Below, one piece after another: positions 1 through 9,051 of a stretch of 64,000 nt of DNA (positions are counted from its first letter, which is position 1; the number at the start of each line of letters is the position of its first letter). A program made the position numbers and the translations under genes. Under the pieces are notes generated by a model. It made no database searches. It was not told the origin of the DNA and worked only from the letters and a program-made list of their open reading frames with translations. The DNA comes from an uncultured Halobacteriales archaeon (GTDB taxonomy: Archaea; Halobacteriota; Halobacteria; Halobacteriales; Hikarchaeaceae), in contig CAZEDI010000004.1 of assembly GCA_964510865.1 (NCBI GenBank), positions 249 through 64,248 of the forward strand, given 5' to 3'.

Positions 1-780
1 GGCAGGGGTACCAGTGGACCCGGAGAGCCATCGAGACACTGTGTCACGAATGCCGACGACATCGCCGACAATGGTCACCGCGGGAGGCTCGATTCCGACC
101 TCACGAGCCCGTTCGACGATTGTGTCGAGACGGGCGGTAATGGTGAACTCGTCATCACAGGTTCCACGCTCGATCATCGCGACAGGGGTATCACCAGCTG
201 CCCCATGGTCTCGGAGGACGGCAACGTTGACCGGAAGCCGCCCCACACCCATGAGAATCACGAGGGTTCCGCCAGCCACGACCGAGTGGGTGAGTGCCGC
301 CCAATCGAGCGAACTTGTTGGCTTCGCGGGGTCCTCGTGACCGGTGACTACGGTGAGTGACGATGCGTGTTCACGATGCGTGAGCGGGATGCCGGTTCGT
401 CCCGGGACACCGATTGCGCTGGTGATTCCAGGGACGACTTCAACAGGAATCTCGTGTGCGGTGAGGTATTCGAGTTCTTCTCCTCCACGCCCAAAGACGA
501 ATGGATCGCCTCCCTTCAGCCGGACGACGTCCCGGCCAGCTTGCGCGTCCCGCACCAGTCTGTCGTTGATCGCAGCTTGGGAAGCACGTTCCCCGTCGTC
601 CGGCCGCTTACCTACGTCAACGACCGTCGTAGACGCCGCTACCCGGTCCAGGATCTCGTCACTCACCAGTGAGTCGACCAAGATGACGTCCCCTTCCTGA
701 AGCAGTCGATCTGCGCGAACCGTCAAGAGAGACGGATCGCCTGGCCCGGCACCGACAAGGAAAACCGTCCCGGGCGACAT
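1..780 (-). CDS. cobA: uroporphyrinogen-III C-methyltransferase (SUMT); C-terminus runs off the window edge
   Basis: Not in the ORF track because it is open at the edge. Hand translation of the minus strand from the ATG at 778-780 gives MSPGTVFLVGAGPGDPSLLTVRADRLLQEGDVILVDSLVSDEILDRV...LKGGDPFVFGRGGEE...VVPGITSA, typical tetrapyrrole methylase motifs. The plus-strand track ORFs here are Arg/Ser/Pro-rich shadows. Confidence 0.85.
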   Translation of the reverse strand, partial: MSPGTVFLVGAGPGDPSLLTVRADRLLQEGDVILVDSLVSDEILDRVAASTTVVDVGKRPDDGERASQAAINDRLVRDAQAGRDVVRLKGGDPFVFGRGGEELEYLTAHEIPVEVVPGITSAIGVPGRTGIPLTHREHASSLTVVTGHEDPAKPTSSLDWAALTHSVVAGGTLVILMGVGRLPVNVAVLRDHGAAGDTPVAMIERGTCDDEFTITARLDTIVERAREVGIEPPAVTIVGDVVGIRDTVSRWLSGSTGTPA

Positions 781-972
781 ATCAATTCCTCACAGTTTGC
801 GGCACCACACAGTGGGTGGAACGAGCAGAGAAGACTTCCATCAGTTCGTGGACGAGCGTATCGAATTTCACAGATCAGTTGGACACGCGTGATGCATAAG
901 TGCGTTCCCCTGAGATACGTTAAATCTCCCACTCGGATTCGAGTTCCTAATATCTATTTTAGGAGAGGCCCG

Positions 973-1356
973 TCATGACACGTGTGTGGCTGAGGATTCA
1001 GGGTCGTCCGCGGGGACGAGGTGTTCTTTCCCCCACTCCTGCATCGCACCGATCACTGGTTCGAGCGATGACCCACGTTCCGTGAGCGAGTATGCAACCC
1101 GAAAGGGTTTCTCCGAGACGATATCCCGGTTTACGAGCTGCTTTTCCTCGAGATCTTCCAGGCTTTCTGAGAGCACCTTCGCGGAAACCCCGTCGACCTC
1201 GTCTTTGAGCGCGTTGAATCCAAGTGGCCCATTCTCCAGGAGCCGGTGAACGATAACCGGATGCCACTTCTTGCCCACCAAGGACGCCGTGGCTGTGATC
1301 GAACACCACTCCTCACCAGCACACCACATTTCGAGCGGTTCCGTGGAGCCACTCAT
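973..1356 (-). CDS. HxlR-family winged-helix transcriptional regulator
   Basis: CSITATASLVGKKWHPVIVHRLLENGPLGFNALKDEVDGVSAKVLSESLEDLEEKQLVNR matches the HxlR core. Start chosen at MSGSTEPLE (CAT at 1354-1356). An upstream ATG at 1383 is also possible. Confidence 0.85.
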   Translation of the reverse strand: MSGSTEPLEMWCAGEEWCSITATASLVGKKWHPVIVHRLLENGPLGFNALKDEVDGVSAKVLSESLEDLEEKQLVNRDIVSEKPFRVAYSLTERGSSLEPVIGAMQEWGKEHLVPADDPESSATHVS

Positions 1357-1396
1357 GCGTGAACCAAGACGTGCTCGCCACATAAAACAAACGTTT

Positions 1397-1411
1397 CGTA
1401 ACCTGGTTACG
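1397..1411. promoter_or_regulatory. perfect 7-1-7 palindrome CGTAACC-T-GGTTACG in the divergent hxlR / membrane-protein promoter; candidate operator
   Basis: Read directly from the sequence. It lies about 41 nt upstream of the hxlR start and 116 nt upstream of the divergent gene at 1527. Confidence 0.35.
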
Positions 1412-1526
1412 GATAGTATGTTATAGTCACCGATACCCGGGACTCTGCCTCTTACTGACCTCTAAACAGCTATATACGGAAGAAACAGACCAATACCTTT
1501 GTTGTTCCGCTCCATTCGTCCCACGT

Positions 1527-1943
1527 ATGGTCTCGAATACCCGTCTGTATGGGGCCGGGATTGCCGTCGCATCCGGTGGCTACTCGTTGTGGAGTGCAAC
1601 GTCTGGCTCGACCATGACGCCGAGCAGTTGGGTGATGTTGCTCCTCGGGTTCATTGTCCTCGTCCATGGAGGTCTCCTCCTGACCGATTATGCAACGCGA
1701 CTCGGCCGGGCAAGTGGCCATCTCATGATCGTATATGGGGTTGTGATGGTCCTCAATCAGGCCTTGCTGGCTGGGGATATCTTTGCGGACCTCCAGGGAA
1801 CGAATGGCGGGATGGGAATGAATGGAGGCATGGGCACCGTGGGCTGGGACGTTGGAATGGTCATCCTGGCCCTCCTTATGTTACTCAGCGGAGTCATCAT
1901 GCTCCGTGACGACGGCATGGTAGAGACAGACGATCGAATGTAA
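1527..1943 (+). CDS. small integral membrane protein, function unknown
   Basis: 138 aa with 3-4 hydrophobic segments and a Gly/Met-rich loop (GGMGMNGGMG). Divergent from hxlR. TATATAC box at about 1471. Confidence 0.6.
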   Translation: MVSNTRLYGAGIAVASGGYSLWSATSGSTMTPSSWVMLLLGFIVLVHGGLLLTDYATRLGRASGHLMIVYGVVMVLNQALLAGDIFADLQGTNGGMGMNGGMGTVGWDVGMVILALLMLLSGVIMLRDDGMVETDDRM

Positions 1944-2205
1944 CCTACACCGCCAGCCTGCGAGCACTGCCCTTGCTTTCGGGCACCGATCTTTCTACAG
2001 CTGGGAATAGCCCGGGCCGGGACCACTTGCACGTGAGACTTTTGACGGCTGTCCGCTTAGGGAAAGTCGGTGGCGATGACGAACAGTTACCCCCACTGAG
2101 CCCCTTGTGATGAGTCGTTCGCCCGAGCCACCACTTCTTCCAGACGGTGATCGTTGTTCTGTGTGGCCGGTATCGTCTCATGTTTACGTCCCGGTGTGAA
2201 ACAAA

Positions 2206-4218
2206 GTGACAGCGATGCCCCGGACCGGCTGGCTTGCTATCGTCGTGCTACTACTCGTGACGGCGAGCCCTGGCGTCGAGGCGCTGGACGATGCTGGGAG
2301 TTCACAAACAAGTGTCGAGGGACAGACGATCCAGCTAACACAAGAACTCCACCTCACGCCAGATCGGGCGGGAGAGATCGATGTCATCCAGTCGTTTGCG
2401 ATACCATCCTCGGTTACGCGGTTACGGACGCGGATCCCCGCAAAAGCAACACTGCTCGAGGCACGCGGCTTCAGTCATGATAGTGGGAGTACGTACGTGT
2501 GGTCAGGTGATGGTCCCACCCCATCTCTCACGTACCGTGTACCGGCGAACGAAACGATCGATGCGGGTGGGCCGATTGCGAGTCATGGGAAGTACCGCTT
2601 CGTCGACGCGGGTGAGTGGGCCCTCGTCCGTCGACCGCAAACTGCCGTCAGCTGGGAGTGGCGCGGTGAGGACGACGTCACGGTTGCTCGATCACTGTCC
2701 ATTGCCGGACAGGGAGTCGCAGGTGAGGAGATGGCATACCTCGGTGCACACCGCGTCGTTACCCATACCGCAGCCGGACAGAGGTTCGAGCTCGTCGTTC
2801 CTGCCCGTGCCGAATTAGGTGAACCTCCCGCAGAAATCTTCGACGTCGTCTCGCACGCCTCACGCGAACTTCAGGTCGGCGACCGGGACGAGGAGGTGTT
2901 CATGGTGGCTGCACCGACCACTGGGGTCGATTGGGGCGTCCGTGGTATGCAGACCGGTGCCGCGGACCTCTGGGTTCGCGATGCTGAACAGATCACAACG
3001 GCCGAAAACGTCTGGGTCCACGAATACGTTCACACTCGCCAGAACTTCTCAACCGTAGAGGCTACACGATGGGTCAGCGAAGCTGTGGCCACATACTACG
3101 CGGCATTGTTCACACTCGAACAGGGGATGATCGAGTACGACACGTTCCGTACGCGCCTCGCCGCAGGTACGGCGGATCCTCAGGCTCGGGCCATCCTTAC
3201 CGAACCCGATACCTGGTCGAATACTGCACAGTACGACAAGGGGGCGCTCGTTATCGGAGCGATCGACCGTCAGATTCGTCTCGCGACTGATCGCCGGGAT
3301 ACGTTCCAGCACGTATTCGCTAGCATGAACACAGAGAGTGACGTGGTCACCTCGGAGGTGTTCCTGGACATGGTTCAGGAGGTAGCCGGACCGTCAGTTC
3401 GAGCTGATACAGAGCAGTTTACCACGACGAGAGCAGCCCCCGAGCTATGGAGTGAAGCCGAACACACCAGGGTGTTTGAATCCGATTCCACCCAGATTAG
3501 CCATGTACTCGTTTCCGATTCCTTCGAGGTATCCGGGCCCTACCGAAACAGATCGCTTGAGAACCTGATACTCGTCCCGGGCGAGCGACTCTCGCTGGAG
3601 GCCCGCGTCACAAACACCGGTGGGAGTGCGGACACATACGACGTTGCGCTACGAGTCGATTCTGAACCTGTCGCACGATCGTCGGGTATTCTCGACGCAG
3701 GCGCAACCACCCATGTGGAATTCGGCCACCCGTTCGAATTGGTCGGGAACTATATACTCGCTATCGGAGCCCACACTACAGAAGTACGCGTCGACGGACC
3801 AGCGACAGCTCGGGTTGCCGACCTCTCGGTCGATCGTCAGTCTGTCGAGACTGGACAGCGCATCAACGTGACCGCGACGATCCACAATTCCGCTATGATC
3901 CCTGGAGAAGCACTCGTTCGATTCCGCACGGATGACCGGACCATCGCCACGCGGACCGTGCGTCTCGATGCCGAGACATCACACACCGTTTCGATTCCTG
4001 TCTCCTTCGAGTCGGGTGGAATGCATCAAATCACAGCCGGTACCGCAACGGTAACGGTCGAGGTTTACCCAGCAGGGAAGACGGAGACCAGCAGTGAGAC
4101 AGACCGAGTTCTCACGGCGAGAGAGACGCCAACGGATGGACAGCCCCTCGACGGTTTCGGGGGTATACCTGCCTTACTTGCCATCGGACTCGTCCTGCTC
4201 CTAGCCCGGCGGAAATGA
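2206..4218 (+). CDS. secreted gluzincin-like (M1-like HEXXH) metallopeptidase-domain protein with a PGF-CTERM-like anchor
   Basis: N-terminal Sec-type signal (LAIVVLLLVTASPGVEA). HEYVH followed by WVSEAVATYY, resembling the M1 WLNEGFA third-ligand region. C-terminus DGFGGIPALLAIGLVLLLARRK is a variant PGF-CTERM (DGF instead of PGF). Confidence 0.7.
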   Translation: MTAMPRTGWLAIVVLLLVTASPGVEALDDAGSSQTSVEGQTIQLTQELHLTPDRAGEIDVIQSFAIPSSVTRLRTRIPAKATLLEARGFSHDSGSTYVWSGDGPTPSLTYRVPANETIDAGGPIASHGKYRFVDAGEWALVRRPQTAVSWEWRGEDDVTVARSLSIAGQGVAGEEMAYLGAHRVVTHTAAGQRFELVVPARAELGEPPAEIFDVVSHASRELQVGDRDEEVFMVAAPTTGVDWGVRGMQTGAADLWVRDAEQITTAENVWVHEYVHTRQNFSTVEATRWVSEAVATYYAALFTLEQGMIEYDTFRTRLAAGTADPQARAILTEPDTWSNTAQYDKGALVIGAIDRQIRLATDRRDTFQHVFASMNTESDVVTSEVFLDMVQEVAGPSVRADTEQFTTTRAAPELWSEAEHTRVFESDSTQISHVLVSDSFEVSGPYRNRSLENLILVPGERLSLEARVTNTGGSADTYDVALRVDSEPVARSSGILDAGATTHVEFGHPFELVGNYILAIGAHTTEVRVDGPATARVADLSVDRQSVETGQRINVTATIHNSAMIPGEALVRFRTDDRTIATRTVRLDAETSHTVSIPVSFESGGMHQITAGTATVTVEVYPAGKTETSSETDRVLTARETPTDGQPLDGFGGIPALLAIGLVLLLARRK

Positions 4219-4227
4219 TGAGACGAG

Positions 4228-4845
4228 TTAGAAAAACTGGAAGAGGTCGTCTCGGTTTGCGTCGTGGAGGTGAACGCGCACTGCATCCTCCAGCGCTTCG
4301 AGGTCACCTCGTGTGGCGGAAATCGGAGCGATAGTGTCCCGCCATTGACGCCAGGGCGGGAGGAGACCGAATCGGTCGGCGATCTCGTCCAGGCGCTCGT
4401 CTCGGTCAGATACCTTGTCCATCTTGTTGACGGCCAATACAACTGGAATATCCAGCTCACTGAGAACAGCGTACATGTCGAGCACGTACGGCACGTCGTT
4501 GTCACCCTCGTGGCGATCGATGATATCTACCGCACTCTTCCCGTCGAGGACGATCACCGCGACAAAAATCTCATCGGCATGTTGCTCGAGATATCTGACG
4601 ACGTCGGTTTTGATGGTCTCTCGTCTATCCTCTGAGATGCCAGCCATGAATCCGAATCCTGGAAGGTCGGTGAGCAGAAAATCCGCAGACGCCCAGTCGT
4701 AATAATTCGGCTCGAGCGTCACGCCTGGACGGCTCCCGGTATCGAAATCATGACCGGTGAGTTGTCTCATCAGCGTGGTTTTACCGACGTTGGAACGCCC
4801 CACGAGAACGACCTCTGCCTCGCGATCGGGCCGGTCCGCGAACAT
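4228..4845 (-). CDS. engB: GTP-binding protein EngB/YsxC
   Basis: G1 [10 protein letters not shown]3 DLPGFG, G4 NKMDK. Size and layout are typical of archaeal EngB. Confidence 0.9.
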   Translation of the reverse strand: MFADRPDREAEVVLVGRSNVGKTTLMRQLTGHDFDTGSRPGVTLEPNYYDWASADFLLTDLPGFGFMAGISEDRRETIKTDVVRYLEQHADEIFVAVIVLDGKSAVDIIDRHEGDNDVPYVLDMYAVLSELDIPVVLAVNKMDKVSDRDERLDEIADRFGLLPPWRQWRDTIAPISATRGDLEALEDAVRVHLHDANRDDLFQFF

Positions 4846-4964
4846 GGCTTCGATTGACTGCGTGCGGGGAAGGACCTCACGGTTCGAACCCGTCCGGGTG
4901 TGTCCACACCATTCTTCCCGTGAAATCCACTGTCTATTTGGGCCACGACGACGACCACTCGGCC

Positions 4965-6284
4965 GTGCGGTTCGTCGAGATCACAATTCCAACTGGCAAA
5001 CGAGACGCGGTCCTTCGGGTACTCGAGGACGAGGGGATCGACTACGTGCTCACCGAGCAGACGGGCAGTCGTGAGTACACTGCTGTCGTTTCGTTTCCGC
5101 TTCCGCAACCTGCCGTCGAACCAGTCCTCGATAGACTCCGGAATGCGGGTCTCAGCAGTGAAGCCTACACTGTCGTTCTCGAAGCAGAGACCGTTATCTC
5201 GCGACGCTTCGACGAACTAGCCGAACGCTACGAGGAATCTGATACCGGCACGGATCGGATCGCTCGCGAAGAGATCAGTTCGCGGGCCGACGATCTTGCT
5301 CCGACACTGGCAACCTACACAATGATGGTGAGCGTGAGCGTCGTCATCGCGACAGCGGGAGTCCTCCTGGACTCGGCGGCGATCGTCGTTGGATCGATGG
5401 TTATCGCGCCCCTCATCGGGCCAGCAATGGCTACGAGCGTCGGGACGGTCCTCCAGGATCGGGGACTGTTCCTCCGTGGGACGAAGCTCCAGCTCCTGGG
5501 GTTCCTGCTCGCGATCGCGACAGCCGCGGGTTTCGCGTGGCTGCTCAAAGTCACGTATCTCGTCCCGATTTCCTCCGTCGAGCTCGTGGGGATCGACGAG
5601 GTCCGCCAGCGCCTCGCGCCGGACATCCTATCACTGGTGGTCGCACTGGGCGCCGGCATAGCCGGTGCATACAGCCTGTCCTCGGGCGTCTCGACATCGC
5701 TCGTTGGCGTGGCAATTGCTGTCGCTCTCGTTCCTCCGACTGCAGTCATCGGCATCGGAATCGCGTGGGGATTGCCCGGAGTCGTGATTGGCTCGACCAT
5801 TCTCGTGCTGGTGAACTTTCTCTCGATCAATTTGGCCGCACTCGCCGTGTTTTGGTACCAGGGCTATCGCCCAGAACATGGATTCCACATCTCGGAGGCG
5901 CGTTCGGATACGATCAAACGTGTTGCCGCGCTCGGGGTCGCTATCCTCGTGCTCTCGTCATTCCTGGGTGCGGTGACCGTCTCATCTTATCAAACAGCGA
6001 CCATCGAAGGAGATGCGCAGACGGCAGTCGAGACGGTCCTTGACCGTGACAGGTACGAAAATCTTACACTGATCGAGGTGTCCTTCGAGACGGATACCGG
6101 CCCACTATTTCGGACACCAGAACGCGTGATTGTCACAGTCGGCAGACCGTCACAGAACGCCTACCCCACCTTTGCGACCGACCTCGCCGACCAGCTAGAG
6201 AGCGGCATCGCCGTCGAGGTGCGGTTTGTCGAGGTCGACAGGGTTGGCGGTGAAGGCGTCCCACCACTTCCACAGCAACCGTGA
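4965..6284 (+). CDS. TIGR00341/DUF389-family membrane protein
   Basis: N-terminal [29 protein letters not shown] is the usual start of this family, here a GTG at 4965 in frame with the track ORF 4854-6284. A multi-TM Gly/Ala-rich core follows. Confidence 0.8.
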   Translation: MRFVEITIPTGKRDAVLRVLEDEGIDYVLTEQTGSREYTAVVSFPLPQPAVEPVLDRLRNAGLSSEAYTVVLEAETVISRRFDELAERYEESDTGTDRIAREEISSRADDLAPTLATYTMMVSVSVVIATAGVLLDSAAIVVGSMVIAPLIGPAMATSVGTVLQDRGLFLRGTKLQLLGFLLAIATAAGFAWLLKVTYLVPISSVELVGIDEVRQRLAPDILSLVVALGAGIAGAYSLSSGVSTSLVGVAIAVALVPPTAVIGIGIAWGLPGVVIGSTILVLVNFLSINLAALAVFWYQGYRPEHGFHISEARSDTIKRVAALGVAILVLSSFLGAVTVSSYQTATIEGDAQTAVETVLDRDRYENLTLIEVSFETDTGPLFRTPERVIVTVGRPSQNAYPTFATDLADQLESGIAVEVRFVEVDRVGGEGVPPLPQQP

Positions 6285-6307
6285 CGTACTCCCGAAATTG
6301 ATCGTTA

Positions 6308-7363
6308 TCAGCCTTCCTCGAAGGGAAGTGTAGGCTCGTGGCCCGTGTGTTCGATCGCTGCCGTGAGTGCTACTTCCAGAGAGACGACGTGCTTGCCGGC
6401 ATCGGCCGATTTCTTGCCGGCGACCTCGTCATTCGCGGTAATACTGATATAGTAATCCGCTTCGACGTCCGTCGATAGATCCGCCTTGTTGCAGACGGTC
6501 ACGACGGGTGCATCAAAGCGATCTTCGATCGAATCTCGGAGCGCGAGTTGGTCCTCGAGAGGATAGCCACACGTCTCACTCGCGTCGACGAGAAAGAGGA
6601 CTGCGTCCGCAGCATGAACGAGCGCGCTCACGGCCTGTTCTTCGATCTCGTTACGTTCATCGGCCGGCCGATCAAGCAATCCGGGAGTGTCCACGAGTTG
6701 GTACCTGACGTGGTCGCGTTCGACGTGTCCGACGTTGACTTCACGGGTTGTGAACGGGTACGCAGCAATCTCGTTGCTCGCGCGGGAGACGGCGTTCACG
6801 AACGACGATTTACCCACGTTCGGGTATCCCGCAACAACGATCGTCGGCTCTTCCGGTCGGACATCGGGGAGCGTCCGGAGCGCATTCCGAGCCGCCCCAA
6901 CCCGTGTCAAGTCGTCACCCACCTCCCCCACGACGTCTGCCATTCGTGCGAAGGCCTGCTTCCGGAGTTTCCTCGCTGTATCGGGGTCGGTCCTCCGGAT
7001 CCGACCCATGTACTCCCGACCGAGGTCGTGGGTTTTCTCGGCCGCCCAGCTGAGCTCGTTGAGGCTCTCCCGGAGCGCATCGATCCCGTTGGTGCCGCCG
7101 GCATCTGCCCCTGACCGAAAGGCGGGGATGTCGGAGACGACGGCATCCGCGAGGTCGTAGTAGAAGGGATCGACTGTCCCGAAATCTGGCCACGCAGTGA
7201 CAACGTTCCGGAGGTTGTCAGAGAAGACGTTCGACGCCGTCTGTAGCATCGACTCCTGGGCCGCTACGCCCTCTTTCGCCCGGCCGGCCCGGGCGGCCCG
7301 GGAGAACGCTTGGTCCGTGAGTTCCTCCGCCGTCGGTGTCGTCGGGAGGCCCTCGAAAATCAC
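6308..7363 (-). CDS. NOG1-family GTPase
   Basis: GYPNVGKSSFVNAVS...AAYPFTTREVNVGH...DTPGLLDRP...CNKADL, with a helical N-terminal NOG1-type domain. Confidence 0.85.
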   Translation of the reverse strand: MIFEGLPTTPTAEELTDQAFSRAARAGRAKEGVAAQESMLQTASNVFSDNLRNVVTAWPDFGTVDPFYYDLADAVVSDIPAFRSGADAGGTNGIDALRESLNELSWAAEKTHDLGREYMGRIRRTDPDTARKLRKQAFARMADVVGEVGDDLTRVGAARNALRTLPDVRPEEPTIVVAGYPNVGKSSFVNAVSRASNEIAAYPFTTREVNVGHVERDHVRYQLVDTPGLLDRPADERNEIEEQAVSALVHAADAVLFLVDASETCGYPLEDQLALRDSIEDRFDAPVVTVCNKADLSTDVEADYYISITANDEVAGKKSADAGKHVVSLEVALTAAIEHTGHEPTLPFEEG

Positions 7364-7514
7364 TATGGCGTATTACCCTCCCGGCGCCTATAAGGTCGTC
7401 CGTTCTGGATCGGGGCGGATATCGCTCCAGGAGCCACAGTCTTGACCCAATCAGTGATCTGAGTCGAACCGTTCCGGCAGCGTGTTTATCGGTGTCCACG
7501 TCATAGGACGTCAT

Positions 7515-7856
7515 ATGACCGACTGGAGTGCGATTCTCATCGGAGTCGTCGTCGCGATCGTTCTCGGTGCGGTCGCACCGGGACTGGGCCATGTCGTCGG
7601 TGGCTTGCTCGCCGGACTCGTCGCGGGATACATCGCCGGCGGCGGGCTCGGTCGGGGAGCGTGGCATGGCCTTCTCGTCGGGATGATCGGGGGAATCATA
7701 CTAGCCATCGTCCTCTTTTTCGTGAGCGCTGGCTTCGGCCCCATCGGTGCGGCAATTGGCGGGGGCCTCGCGATCGTTGTCTTGCTCGCGACGTTCTTAC
7801 TTGCGCTCGACAGTGCCATTGGTGGCGCTATCGGTGGCGTGCTCGCCGAGAGTTGA
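7515..7856 (+). CDS. small Gly-rich membrane protein (possibly DUF5518-like)
   Basis: Four Gly/Ala/Ile-rich TM segments. ATG at 7515 preferred over the upstream GTG at 7482. Confidence 0.6.
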   Translation: MTDWSAILIGVVVAIVLGAVAPGLGHVVGGLLAGLVAGYIAGGGLGRGAWHGLLVGMIGGIILAIVLFFVSAGFGPIGAAIGGGLAIVVLLATFLLALDSAIGGAIGGVLAES

Positions 7857-7881
7857 GACGCGGACCACGCGGCTGCTTCGA

Positions 7882-8181
7882 CTACCGGCGATCCCGGAGT
7901 TCCGCCTTGAGATCGTCGACGTGCATGTCCTTTTGTGCGAGTAAAACAAGAAGATGATACACCAGATCTGCACTTTCATGTGCGAGTGCGCTCCTCTCGT
8001 CGTCCTTCGCCGCGAGGATGAGCTCCGCCGTTTCCTCGCCCAGCTTCTCGAGGACGGCATTCTCCCCCTTGTCGTGGGTGAGGAGTGACGTGGTGTAGGA
8101 CCCCTCGGGGAGTGTCTCTTTTCGGTCCTCGATGACGGCAAAGAGCTCGTCAAGAACGTCTTCGCGCGCCTCTCGCGTCAT
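7882..8181 (-). CDS. hisE: phosphoribosyl-ATP pyrophosphatase
   Basis: SYTTSLL...KLGEETAELILAAKD...ESADLVYHLLVLL is the canonical HisE motif set. Confidence 0.9.
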   Translation of the reverse strand: MTREAREDVLDELFAVIEDRKETLPEGSYTTSLLTHDKGENAVLEKLGEETAELILAAKDDERSALAHESADLVYHLLVLLAQKDMHVDDLKAELRDRR

Positions 8182-8729
8182 TCCACGTCGACCCCCATTG
8201 ACGTGATTGGAGCCTCGAGGACCGCCCGGATGTCGTCGAGCTCCTCGAAGTCTTCTCGCGGTCGCCTGCCGTGGTCAAATACCTCATCATCGATCTCGAT
8301 AGGGGCGTTTGTGCGCGTTGCAAGGGCAAGAGAATCACTTGGACGCGCGTCGATCACCGTATCCTCTCCCCGGGGCGTGTTGATGTACAGATCAGCGATA
8401 TATGTGTTCTCGACAATTTCACTGACGACCACGCGTTCGACACGGCCACCGAGTTCCTCAACGAGGTCTAGGGTGAGATCGTGAGTGAGTGGTCGATCGA
8501 TCCCTGCTGCGTCCATCCCCCGTGCGATACTGATTCCCTCGTCAAAGCCGATAAAGATAGGGAGCACATCGTCCTCCTGTGTCTCCTCGTCCCTCTCATC
8601 TGCTGTGCCCCCGGTCGCTTCCGTGCCGTTTTCGGGCGCGAGAAGAACGACGGGAACCGGGCCCTCGGGCGTGCCAGCAACCCGGACAGCGTCGATGATT
8701 GCGTCCATAGTCCGATCGACGTGAGCCAC
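8178..8729 (-). CDS. bifunctional nuclease family protein (DUF151)
   Basis: PIFIGFDEGISIARG...RPLTHDL...ARPSDSLALA is the DUF151 core. 4-nt overlap with hisE suggests an operon. Confidence 0.8.
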   Translation of the reverse strand: MAHVDRTMDAIIDAVRVAGTPEGPVPVVLLAPENGTEATGGTADERDEETQEDDVLPIFIGFDEGISIARGMDAAGIDRPLTHDLTLDLVEELGGRVERVVVSEIVENTYIADLYINTPRGEDTVIDARPSDSLALATRTNAPIEIDDEVFDHGRRPREDFEELDDIRAVLEAPITSMGVDVE

Positions 8730-8799
8730 GTAGAAAAGGCTGCCTTCCGTATCGATGTCTTGCCACTACGTGAGTAGTCTCACCTCGTGATAGATCCGC

Positions 8800-9051
8800 G
8801 TCCACTACGTAGATATCTCGATTCCCCGGATTCTCGAGAGTAGAGGGATCAATATGATTTTATGTAATATATTTAGTATAATCTGGCTACACCACCCACA
8901 ATATTGTCCGTATGTCGACTACATCATTTTGGTAATAAATCACCGACAATATACGGACTAGTCCGACTATATACTATCCACTTAGGGTTTGTGGGAGAAG
9001 TGATAATTATGCTATATTTTGCACTATTACTATGTAGTTTGCCGTGGTACC
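8800..9051 (+). promoter_or_regulatory. about 250-bp AT-rich leader/promoter region of the protease gene, with a repeated 27-nt motif
   Basis: Sharp GC drop. ACAATAT-N-GTC(C)GACTAYAT occurs twice (8898-8924 and 8946-8972). GTCCGTAT (8906-8913) and ATACGGAC (8951-8958) are inverted. TATA-like TGATAATTAT / TATATTTT at 9001-9021. Confidence 0.4.

Noticed and set aside
9019-9051. N-terminal extensions of track ORFs (e.g. MHYYYVVCRGT for the protease, 54680-55033 for the racemase-fold gene, 36027-36200, 27734-27895)
   Set aside because: The extensions fall in AT-rich promoter DNA or overlap neighbouring genes. Internal ATG/GTG starts give N-termini typical of each family.
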